This document shows, in pieces, positions 20,062 to 34,989 of a DNA stretch of 64,000 bases. This stretch comes from the human T2T-CHM13v2.0 reference genome, Homo sapiens, in the NCBI RefSeq assembly GCF_009914755.1, contig NC_060925.1; one strand, given 5' to 3'. Numbering within the stretch: the first letter of the stretch is position 1; each line of letters begins with the position of its first letter. Both the position numbers and the translations under genes were made by a program. Below the pieces are notes generated by a model. That model had not been told where the DNA came from. It saw only the letters and a list, made by a program, of their open reading frames with translations, and searched no databases.

Positions 20062-20376
20062 TTCTTTCTTTCTTTTTTTTTCTTTTTTTTTTTGAGATGG
20101 AGTCTTGCTCTGTTGCCCAGGCTGGAGTGCAGTGGCATGATCTCTGCTCACTGCAACCTTTGTCTCCTGGGTTCAAGCGAATTCTCCTGCCTCAGACTCC
20201 CGAGTAGCTGAGTTTACAGGCGCACACCACAATGCCCGGCTAATTTTTGTATTTTTAGTAGAGACGGGGTTTCACTATGTTGGCCAGGCTGGTCTCGAAC
20301 TCCTGACCTCAGGTGATCCACCTGCCTCGGCGTCCCAAAGTGCTGGGATTACAGGTGTGAGCTACCACGCCTGCCC
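20062..20376 (-). mobile_element. AluSx-like
   Basis: Full dimer; 18-bp TSD GAAATGCTACATTTCTTT (20050 / 20378). Confidence 0.94.
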
Positions 20377-21604
20377 AGAAATGCTACATTTCTTTAAGAG
20401 ATTAGTGAAAATAAAGATGTCATCTTTATCCCCCCCACCAAAAAAATCCCACAACTCTTCCTTGATACCACCACATTCCTCTCCAGAGACCACCTCATTT
20501 TACTGTTCCACTAAGACTAATGTCTCAAAAGAGCCACGCTGTGTCTATTTCCCTCTTCTATTCACTCTTCAATTCACTATAATCTGACTTCCACCCTCCA
20601 CTGAAAACTGCTTTTGTCAAGGTCAGGTCATCTGTACTCTCCATGTGCACATCTAGTGGATACTTGACCTTGTGGCAGCATTTGACAGTTTGCCCCTCCC
20701 TCCTGGAATCTTGCTCCCGGCTCCTATGACACCATGCTGGTTTTCCTCTTGCATCACTGGCTGCTGCTTTCCCTTCTGTCCCTGACTCTGAGTAATGGAG
20801 GTCTAAAGGGCATTGTGCTGGACTCTCTTGTTTCTCTATAATTCTGTTACAGTCCCTGCCCAGGGATTTAAATGCTTTCACTATGCTGATGATTTCTCCA
20901 TTTTATCTCTAGCTGGCCCTCTCCACTGAGCTCCAGACTCTCATATCCATGGCTTTCTTGTTTTATAAAATAGTATACTTACTGTGCCTTAAACAGAACT
21001 TGGATCCCCTCTATTCCCACTACATTCCTCCTTGTCCTCGTAATGGCCTCTCCATCACCCAGTTATTCAGGCCAAATGCCTGGATAATCCTTGCCCTTTC
21101 CTCTTTGTATCTCCCTCACCCCCACAGCAAGGCTTGTGGATTCTATTTCTATTTTGAATCTATTCCCACTCTCTATCTACTGGCAGACTGCCTCTGTAGT
21201 CCAGGCCACCATCACCTCCTATCTGGATTATTCCAACAGCCTCCTAACTAGTGCCCACTCCTCTTGCTCCTCTCTCCATCGTCATTCGTTCAGCACACTG
21301 TTGTAAGAATAATCACAAATCAAACAATTTCACTTCCATGTTATCATTTCTATGGATTTCCAAATTCCCTACTTTGGCCTGCCTGCATCATCATTTGGCC
21401 TGCCTAGTTCTCCAATTTCATTTCATGTCACTCTCCCCACACCTACTGTATTATAGAGACTCTGGTCTTATTTGACTTTCTTTTAACATACTCCTTTCTC
21501 CCTCAGGATCTTTGCAGTTTCCTCTTTGAATGGCTAGCTCCTTTTCTTCCTTTAATAAGGTCTTAGAGGTCATTCCTTGACTGTCCTTCCTAAAGTAGGT
21601 TCCT

Positions 21605-21850
21605 TTTTTTTAAATTTAAAATTATTTTTTATTGATGCATAACTGATGTACATAGTCTCAGGGTACAAGTACTAATTTAATACATTCATGTAATTTGTGA
21701 AAATCAAATCAGTATACTTGGGATATCCATCACCTTAAATATTTGTCTTTTCTTTATTCTAGGAACATTTGAATTATTCTCTTTTGATTATTCTCTTTTT
21801 GCTATTTAGAAATGTAAATGTATAGTAAACTATAGTCACCCTACTCCTGT
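21605..21850 (-). mobile_element. L1MA 3' end fragment
   Basis: ATCAAATCAG..TACTTGGGATATCCATCACCTTAAATATTTGTCTT, ACTATAGTCACCCTACT. Confidence 0.7.
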
Positions 21851-22014
21851 TTCAAAGTACTTGGTACAGTTTGCAGTTATTTTGTGTTTACTTCTTTTTC
21901 TCCTCCACTGGAAGAATATAAACTAAGTGAGTGCAAGGACTGGGTCTGATCTGTTCACTATCATATCCCCAGTGTTTTGAAATGTCTTGCTTGGCATGTA
22001 GCAAGAAGTCATTA

Positions 22015-22305
<291 letters not shown>

Positions 22306-22446
22306 GGGAAAGAGAGAGAGAAAAAGTATGAAATAATAGAAGGAAAAGGGAAAGAGGAAGGAGAAATGGATTTGAGGACTGCAGGGAGACATACATGAGA
22401 GGAGAGGGGTAGAAAAAGACAGATGCTTATTGAACAACTGCTGCAC

Positions 22447-22857
22447 TTTTTTTTTTTTTTTTTGACAGGTTCTCACTCTGTCACCCAGGATGGGGTGCAG
22501 TGGTGTGATCATAGCTCACTGCAGCCTCTATCTCCCAGGCTCAGGTGATCCTTCCACTTTAGCCTCCTGAGTAGCTAGGACTACAGACACATGCCACCAT
22601 AATAGGTTAATAAATAACTTATTTATTTAGAAATGGTCTGGTTCCATCACCCAGGCTCAAGCAATCCTTCCATCTCAGCCTCCTGAGTAGCTGGGACTAC
22701 AGGCACGCACCACCACACCAGGCCAATTTTTGTGTTTTTTATAGAGACGGGGTTTCAACATGTTGCCCAGGCTGGTCTCGAACTCCTGAGCTCAAGCGAT
22801 CTGTCCGCCTTGGCCTCCCAAAGTGTAGGATTACAGGTGTGAGCCACTGTGCCTGGC
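22447..22857 (-). mobile_element. Antisense AluJ composite (right monomer plus a second partial Alu)
   Basis: GATCATAGCTCACTGCAGCCTC and CTCCTGAGCTCAAGCGATC. Confidence 0.85.
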
Positions 22858-22998
22858 TAACTATATTATTTATTTTTTTGTTTCTAAATTGTCTCCTCCA
22901 CTAGGATGTAAGATTCATGAGGGTAGCTTCTTTGGTTTACTGTATTTTCAAGAAAAACTTCTAGCTCCTAATGAGCTGATTATGTGTTGAAAAAATGA

Positions 22999-23310
<312 letters not shown>

Positions 23311-23473
23311 AAGCTTAATTATTTTATATGCTTACTAAAGATTTCCTTTGGATAAGATTTGCAACATCTCTGTTCTTAGGGTTTTTGAAAATTTTGAAAA
23401 TTACTATTTTATAAATGTTGAAAAACCTAGTACCTATGTGACTCCATGAATTGAAACAGTTTCTTTTCCCCAG

Positions 23474-23576
23474 TTCTTTTAGAACTCATCAAATTGAAGC
23501 TGTTCCAACCAGCTCTGCAAGTGATGGATTTAAGGCAAATCTTGTTTTTAAGGAGATTGAGAAGAAACTTGAAGAG
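23474..23576 (+). CDS. SCP2: SCP2 exon 13: presequence remainder and start of mature SCP2
   Basis: cccag|TTCTTTTAGA...GAAGAG|gtaaga, 103 bp; (S)[34 protein letters not shown], in phase with neighbouring exons. Confidence 0.98.
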
Positions 23577-24277
23577 GTAAGATTTATGTAAAATATTGCC
23601 AGGAAGGACCTTGAGGCTAGAGGAAGCAGACACAGGTTTCAGGTGTTGCCACGAGGTGGTACAATTGAAAATTTATATCATGTTGTCAAGTATTGAGTGT
23701 AGTTAGATTTCTGAGTGTCTATTAAGGCTTCCTTGTAATTCTAAAAGGAATGCATTTCAGAAATGTATGAATCTCCAGATTTGAGCTAAAGAACTATAAT
23801 AAATACTGTTAAAATTGTCACTCTTTTCTAGGTCCTCTTTGTCAGAGGGTCATTCAGTCATGGGCAAAGTTCAAATATAAAGGGATTCTAATTTATTTTG
23901 CTGTAATTTCCTTTGAATTAAAACGGTCTTACTTAAAATCATTTCAAAGAATAATATTTAAAATGAGCCTTTTTTGTATATATATCAAAATTCTTTGTAA
24001 AAAGAAATTGTGTTTTGATTTCTTAAAGTAGTTAAAAAATTTTTTTGTTTTAAAAATGATGTTAATTTAAAAAATACTATACAGAAATATATGTTTATGA
24101 ATAGTATAAATTTTATACTATACTTTTGTTTTAACCTTTTAAACAAAAGTTTAAAATCTCCCCAAATTCTGCCACTCAGAGTTTACTGAAATGTTAACAG
24201 TGGTTAACATTCTTTCAGACATCTTTCTCTGTGTATATTAACTTACAGTTTTAACCTAGGGTCAAAAAAACCTATTG

Positions 24278-24579
24278 TTTTTTGTTTTGTTTTGTTCTGA
24301 GACAGTGTCTTGCTCTGTCACCCAGGCTGGAGTGCAGTGGTATGATCTTGGGTCACTGCAACCTTCACCTCCCGGGTTCAAGTGATTCTTGTTCCTCTGC
24401 CTCCTGAGTAGCTGGGATTACAGGCACCCACCACCACGCCAGGCTAATTTTTGTATTTTTAGTAGAGACAGGGTTTCACCATGTTGGTCAGGCTGGTCTT
24501 GAACTCCTGACCTCAAGTGATCCACCCGCCTTGGCCTCCCAAAGTGCTAGGATTACAGGGGTGAGCCACCGTGCCCACC
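24278..24579 (-). mobile_element. AluSx/Sz-like
   Basis: Full antisense dimer. Confidence 0.92.
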
Positions 24580-24771
24580 ACAACACCTGTTGTTTTTTAT
24601 TATACTATATATGCGGATCTATTTTTATATACAATAATTAGTTCTTGATAGGTAATAATCATACTAAGGCAATCTAAAAATAACTCTCCAGAAAGAAAGT
24701 TATTCTCTTCACGCAAAATTGATATTTATTTCATTGTTTTAAACTTAGAAGAATCTTGGGATCTCTTTCTG

Positions 24772-24929
24772 TTTTTTTTTTTTTTTGAAACAGAGTCTCA
24801 CTTTGTCGCCCAGAATGGAGTGCAGTGGCATGATCACGGCTCACTGCAGCCTTGAGCCCCTGGGCTCAAGTGATCCTTTCACCTTGGCCCCCCAAAGTGT
24901 TGGGATTACAGGCGTGAGCCTCTGCCTGG
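24772..24929 (-). mobile_element. Alu monomer (FRAM or recombined AluJ)
   Basis: Right-arm 3' end joined directly to CCCAAAGTG.TGGGATTACAGGCGTGAGCC left-arm 5' end. Confidence 0.8.
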
Positions 24930-25234
24930 ATGTATTTCATTATGGATTTTAGATCTGAGACCGTATAAGGCATGGTTACAGCCATAATCACAATGCAAAT
25001 TACACATCTATTAAGGTGATCAAAGTGGGCTGGAATAAATAGAATGTTTAAACTGTATTTCACTCACGTTAGAGCCATGGTGTGAAAGGCAAACATTGTG
25101 CTTATCTCATAACCCTTATTGTAGGCCAGAGGACTACTTAATATCTGAGATGATTGCACTGTGGATGGGAATACAGGTGATATAACTGATGTGTCTTGTG
25201 AAAGAACCCAGTATTCCCAGGACTTTCATTATAA

Positions 25235-25692
<458 letters not shown>

Positions 25693-26086
25693 GTTTACCC
25701 TCATTTTTAATACATAGTATGTATTCATATGTATTTGTCAAAATTTAAGTAGCTTCCTGTGATGAATATCAGGTTGTATTTAACATTTTCAAGTAAAACA
25801 GTGCTGTAATAAATTTCCTGTTGCACTCATATTTAAGTATTTAAGCTATGATCAATTTAATATAAATAAAGGAGGAAAATTGTTGGGTGGTTGGCTACGT
25901 GCATTTTGTATGCTGATACATATTGCCAAACTACCCACCAGAAAGAGAGTACTAACTTACAAACATTACCAATTCATGAGAGTGACTATTTTTTCCTTTT
26001 AAAACATTTATTTATTTTTATTTTTGTAAAGATGGGGTCTTGCTATGTTGGAGACTAACTATTTTTACTTCACACCTCTGATACTA

Positions 26087-26520
<434 letters not shown>

Positions 26521-28665
26521 CTATAAAGTCTCGGCTTAAAAGTTTTGGTTTTTAAAAATGCTGCCAATATATTCCTGCAGAGGAACACATAGGATAGTGG
26601 CGTCTGACAAGTTGCTTCATTTATTTCAACCCTATTCCATCTAAAAAAAAAATCAACTAAATTAATGTAGAGATTATCTACTATGAAGTATGAGATATGG
26701 CAGTATATCAGTCATTGAATACTTCATTACTGGGATTTACAAATTAGTGTGGTTTTTATTTTACAGTATTCTTTTAGCTTTGCAAATGTATGCCTCTTGC
26801 TCCATTTTAATTCTTTTCTCTATAACCTCCCTACCAACCTTGTTCCCTTGTTTCTTTCTCCTTCCCACGATTGTCAGTTTCCTAAGTGTTTGCAGCACTA
26901 GAAAGTAAAAGTCTTGGAATCTTTTGTCAATTCATGCATTTTCTGCATTAGCAAAGGCAGCCTGGCAAAAGATTTTATTTCCACTTTTGTCTTTGTTAGC
27001 AATTCTCCATTGCCCTTCTTTGAATTCTGTCTTAATTTTTTGTCCCTATTAAGTTTGCCACAGGACCTACTCCTTAACCTTTTGCCTACTCAGAAAGAAG
27101 TACTTTTCTTCAAGCAAGGAGGCACTCAGAACTTTCTCAGTACTAATGATCTCCAATTTCACAACTGTATTTTATTTTCCCTTTAAACTCTTTCTCCTCA
27201 TCAGTTTCCTTACCCTCTCTCACTCCCACTTCAATTGAAAATGTTTTATTGTCGAAGGGATGTGATTTTATAAGAGGATCAGTTGTTTCTGAAAAGTAGC
27301 AGCAAGTGCAGATTATTCTCTATCTATTTTAAGGAGGTGGGAGGAGAAGTAGTAAGGTTATAGGAATTTCTCTTCAAGTATGCAGGTAGAATTTCTAAAT
27401 GTTTGCTGGTGTTTTCCTGCTGTAACTTGTTGGTGTCTGCACATAGCTGTATTCCTGAGGCACTGTGCAAGCAGATGGCATGGATGCACCTGGAAATAGT
27501 CATTCATGGGCCACTGGCTCTAGAGAAAGCTTTCCTCTCAGGTGGCCTAGCACACTATTAACCCCCTCTCCTATATTATTTCTACAGAACCTTGAGAGAT
27601 AAAAGATTTTAAGGAATGTGAAGAAGACTTTGAACTTTCTTCATTTTATGGTGCCAGATACAGCTCTGCTGTCATCGGCTAAAGTTTAGAAATGTTGATG
27701 TGACCTACAGTTTCAGTGTGGTATGGTCAAATGGAAGTAGCATTGAATTTGGGATTAAAGCAACCTGGGATTGAGTTCTGGTTGTACTACCCACTAGCCA
27801 TATGTCCCTGCCTCTCAGGGAACACAGAGTTTAGTGGGAAGAGAGACATGGAAAAATATTTCCAGAAAAAAGCAACATGGGTTTATGTGCAGAGGGCCAT
27901 CAAAATATCTGGTGGAGATAGAGACTCCTTCCCAAAAGAGTTAGCATGTGAGCTGAGATTTGAATGATGAGGTCAGGGGTGGGAGTAGAGGCTAGGAAGA
28001 AGTGAGTGTCCTGGGATGGGGTATGAGTAAGGGCATGGAGGCATACAAGCACTTGGCACGTAAGTTCATGGAATTCAACATGTTCATGGAATTCAGAGAT
28101 GAAGAGGAAGAGAAAGTGGCTGGAGATAAGAACAGACAAATATCCTTCGGATCATGAAGACTCTAGGATAATATGTAAAGACAGACTTCATCCTGTTGGC
28201 TGTGGGGAGCCACTAAGAAGTTCAAGCCTGAGAGTGTCAGATGGATATGTTAGTGTTAGATGGACTACTTGGCAGCAGTATAGAGGAGAAGCATTCTTAA
28301 TCTTTATAAGCCTCAATTGCTTTTTCTGCTTAATGAGCTAATACTAATGTCTGCCCAACTATTTGTATGGTTTTGTGAAGATTAAAGAAATTATATATAC
28401 AAAATATATTTAATACAAAAGTATTAAAAACTTGAAGGGCCCTCAAAATATTAGTATTGTTAGTAGTTTTTTTCTACAGTTAACTTAAAATAATTTAAGT
28501 GAGCTCTTTTAAGGGAAGCCAACATAAGAGAATTTCTTTTTCACTTAAAAGAAAAACCTGACAGTCATTTTGGTTTCTTGGTTTAAGTAGAAAATATTGG
28601 TAGTTAATTTCAGGATACTCACATGTAAGAGATGCTGCCATGACTATTCAGATAAGTAGTCCCTG

Positions 28666-28737
28666 ACTAAATATTTTAGGACTACTTATTAAAACTAAAC
28701 ATTTTAGGACTACTTATTAAAACTAAATATTTTAGGA
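28666..28737. repeat. 28-bp tandem repeat, about 2.6 copies
   Basis: ACTAAA(T/C)ATTTTAGGACTACTTATTAAA at 28666 and 28694, partial copy at 28722. Confidence 0.95.
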
Positions 28738-28791
28738 TAAAACAAAATATTTAGTCCTAAGACCCATGTCTAAGATTCCAGGTGGCTCTCA

Positions 28792-30140
<1,349 letters not shown>

Positions 30141-30328
30141 AAAACACAACAAAAAGAAATAGTGAACTTAGGCCAGGCTCTCTGCATACTTAGAAACAGA
30201 GGTTAGTATCTAATGTCAGTTTATGTAAATTCCTCAGGGGCAGTAATTATTTGAGTATTTCAGGTACTTATCAGAGTGCCTGAACATTGTAAACACTTAA
30301 GTCTTTCTTAAAATAATTAATATTATGA

Positions 30329-30627
<299 letters not shown>

Positions 30628-30679
30628 TTAATATGATACCAAAAGGAAGAATTTTGTGTATAAATTATTGCAGATATGT

Positions 30680-31225
30680 AAGGCTGAAATAAAGAAGATA
30701 GGAAATAAAAGCTATTAGAAATTAAAGAGAACTCAACAGGTTGCCAGTTCCAAAATAAACATTAAAAGATTAGTATATTTTCTATATATTTGCAATAACC
30801 TGGCCATAAAATTTAATGCAAAGATGTGCTATTAACAAAAACAATATAAAATACCTAAGAATAAACTTATCAAGAAATGTACAGAAGTCTATGTTGGCAA
30901 AAAAAAGACAACATTTTCCCAAAGGACATTAAAGAAAAGGTGAAGATTTACTATATTCGTGGATGGGAAGACTTAATATTGTGAAGATACTACCTCTCTC
31001 CTAAACAGATCTATATATTTTATGTAACCCCATCCAACTCCAACAACATTTTGGGAGAAGAACTAAGTGATTATAAAGTACATATAAAGGAAAATGTGTC
31101 CAAAAAAAAATCCAAAATAGCCAAGAATATTTGGAAGAGAAGAATTATAATTGAGATTTGCTGTGTCAGAGTAAAGTGTATTATAAAGCTATAATATTGG
31201 CACAGAAATAGCTAGATCATAGAAT
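30680..31225 (+). mobile_element. Ancient L1M ORF2 fragment
   Basis: ATAAAATACCTAAGAATAAACTTA, TGGATGGGAAGACTTAATATTGTGAAGAT, AAAATAGCCAAGAA, TATTATAAAGCTATA. Confidence 0.65.
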
Positions 31226-31335
31226 AAAACAACAACAACAAGATGCTAACATTCATTGAGTACTCTGTGTGTTGTGGGTATTTACATAATTCTCTTACAG
31301 CTCTGTGAGGGTAGTTACTGTTTTATTCCCATTTA

Positions 31336-31640
<305 letters not shown>

Positions 31641-31696
31641 CTATATGTGACCATTTAAAATTATGTAGAATATTATTAGTGACACAGTAATTAGGA

Positions 31697-32270
31697 TAAT
31701 TATATTAAACAAAAAAAGTAGATTATAAAACAATATGATCCCATTTAAGATATATATATAAAAGCTTTATATATAACATATATATACTATATTTTATTTA
31801 ATCAATACCCTGTTAATTGTTATTCAGGCTCGTGCTAACTTCTGGCTCTTAAAACAATGCTGTGAATAACATTCTCATATCTAAATATTTTTACAGAGCC
31901 TCATTTATTTAAGGGTAAATCCCTAGAATTAAACTTTGCTAATTAAGAACACCAAATCTAGGAATCAAAATAGGTTTGAATTCTTGCTCTTCCTTGTACT
32001 TCTACAAACCTAGCCAAGTTATTAGACCTTCTTGAATATATATATAATAATATATATGTAGCATATATAAATCTTATATATATATATCTTAAGTGGGATC
32101 ATATTGTTTTGTAATCTACTTTTTCTGTTTAATATAATTAAACAGATCCCATTTAAGATACATATATATATAATCTTTTCTGTTTAATATAATTAAACAG
32201 ATTCCATTTAAAAGATATATATCTTAAATGAGATCATATTTTGTAATCTACTTTTTCTGTTTACAGAAAG
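31697..32270. repeat. AT-rich inverted and direct repeat cluster
   Basis: 31697-31760 is the near-exact reverse complement of 32077-32140; further partial copies run to 32262. Confidence 0.9.
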
Positions 32271-32365
32271 ATTTTCTTGTTTTTGGTACAAAACCCATTT
32301 TTTTTCTCTGCATATATATGTACCAAAAATGATTTTCTTTGAGTGATAAAGTTATGAATGATTTT

Positions 32366-32662
32366 GGCCGTGTGCAGTAGCTCACACCTGTAATCCTAGC
32401 ATTTTGGGAGGCTGAGGCAGTGGATCACTTGAGGTCAGGAGTTCGAGACCAGCCTGGCCAACATAGTGAAACCCCGTCTCTACTAAAAATACAAAAAATT
32501 AGCATGGTGGCGTGTGCTGTAGTCCCAGCTACTCAGAAGGCTGAGGCAAGAGAATCGCTCGAACCCAGGAGGCAGAGGTTGCAGTGAGGCAAGATCATGC
32601 TACTGCACTCCAGCCTGGGTGAGAGAGCAAGACTCTGTCTCAAAAAATAATAATAATAATAA
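32366..32662 (+). mobile_element. AluSx/Sz-like
   Basis: Full dimer with (AAT)n tail; ATGAATGATTT flanks. Confidence 0.92.
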
Positions 32663-33264
32663 ATGATGAATGATTTATATTTTCTTCTTCTTGCTTACTG
32701 ATATTTTCTAATTTTTCCACAGTGAAATAAATGTTCCTTCTCTAAAAATTTTTTTTCAATAAAATTATTAGGTTGCTCTTGTTTCTTTTAAACAAGGTGT
32801 GTGAGTTTGTTGTCCTCCTTTTGTTATTCACCCTGCCAGCTGGCTTAGCTGCTCCTCTGTGCTCCTGCAGTCCCCTGTGTTTCCCTTGATCGCAGCGTAT
32901 TGTCATAGTGATCATAGCGTATTGACATTACTTACTTTTCTGACTCCTATCTCTATATCCTTGGTGCCTGTAACAATATTTGGCTCAATAAATGCTTCAG
33001 GAAGGAAAGGCTGGGAATGAAGGGAAAAAAAAGAGGACGGGAGGGAGAAGGGAAACCCCCTTGCAGAGATATAGGTCTGAGTTTTTTTTCTGTATTTAGG
33101 CCAGCTTCTTTCCCCGATGTCCAAAAGCAAGTGGTGGATGGTATATTACTCCTATAATTCTTTATACTGATAGAGAAAATGAGTTGAACAACAACAAAAA
33201 AGGCCTTGATTTCAGAACCACTTGTCTTTAAGTTCTGATTGCAAGGAACCAAAAATATACATAA

Positions 33265-33380
33265 GGCTAGCTGTGGTGGCTAACCCCTGTATCCCAGCAC
33301 TTTGAGAGGCTGAGGCAGGAGGATTGCTTGAGCCCAGGAGTTTGAGACCAGCCTGGGCAACATAGGGAGATCCTGTCTCT

Positions 33381-33439
<59 letters not shown>

Positions 33440-33454
33440 TCCAGATCCTGTCTC

Positions 33455-33493
<39 letters not shown>

Positions 33494-33666
33494 TCAATTA
33501 ACCAGTTGTGGTGGCACATGCTTGTAGTCCCAACTACTTGGGGGAGGCTGAAGTATAAGGATTGCTTGAGCACTGGAGATCGACCCTGCAGTGAGCCCTG
33601 ATTGTGCCACTGCACTCCAGCCTGGGTGACAGAGTGAGACCTTGTCTCAAAAAAAAAGAAAAAAAA
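33265..33666 (+). mobile_element. AluJ carrying a compound (CA)n microsatellite in its linker
   Basis: GGAGGATTGCTTGAGCCCAGGAG is J-type; CA runs at about 33385-33437 and 33458-33492. Confidence 0.9.
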
Positions 33667-33910
33667 CCTATATGTGTATATATATATAATTTATATGTGT
33701 TTATATATATACCATTTATACGCTTATATATATATGTCATTTATATATGTGTGTGTACACACACACACACGGAGAAGGGCAGGTTGGGATCTCTACATTA
33801 AAGATGCCAGAGTGAATCTTTCCCAACTTATTGAAACATACGAGGGCTATTTTGGCAGAAAATGCTGCCCTGTCCCTCCTTCCCTTCCACCAGTTGTATC
33901 TAAAAAGCCC

Positions 33911-34361
<451 letters not shown>

Positions 34362-34419
34362 TGAGGAGAAAGCCAGAGAAATGGACTTAATGTAACCCCA
34401 GTGTTATTTTTCTTTCCAG

Positions 34420-34549
34420 GAAGGGGAACAGTTTGTGAAGAAAATCGGTGGTATTTTTGCCTTCAAGGTGAAAGATGGCCCTGGGGGTAAAGAGGCCACC
34501 TGGGTGGTGGATGTGAAGAATGGCAAAGGATCAGTGCTTCCTAACTCAG
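34420..34549 (+). CDS. SCP2: SCP2 exon 14
   Basis: ttccag|GAAGGG...AACTCAG|gttagt, 130 bp; [43 protein letters not shown](D). Confidence 0.98.
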
Positions 34550-34989
34550 GTTAGTTTGGGAATGACTTCATTCTAGGAGCACTGACGAGTTTACGAAGGC
34601 TGTCAGCTGGGAAAATGGGGGTCTGCTTTACTGTTCCCAAAAAGGACTGGCTTTTAATGTTAAAGAACCAGTAAATTCCAGGGAACAGGAACAGGTCAAA
34701 GCCACCTCCTCCCAAGGATTTGGAGGCTCCATCACAGAGTTGCCAATCTTAGGCTTTGGAATTAGGCAAACTTGGGTTGGAGTCCCATCCATGCCATTCA
34801 CATAATGTGACCTTGAACAAGTTATTTAACTTTCTGAGACTCAGTTTTCTCTTCTGTAAATGGGCTTAATAAATGGCCCCTTTTCATAAGGTTGGTATGA
34901 AGATTAAGAGGATTCTTTCTTAATTAACCGTAAGGCACACGGTCCAGTGCATGGCTGGTGGCCTTGGAAGACCTGTCCATACTCACAAT

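Noticed and set aside
24993-25000. Octamer ATGCAAAT overlapping an ACAATG Sox-like motif
   Set aside because: A single 8-mer is expected by chance in 64 kb of AT-rich DNA, and the spacing does not match the Oct-Sox composite
28666-28737. CRISPR-like 28-bp direct repeats
   Set aside because: The repeats are contiguous with no spacers, there are no cas genes, and the context is a eukaryotic intron
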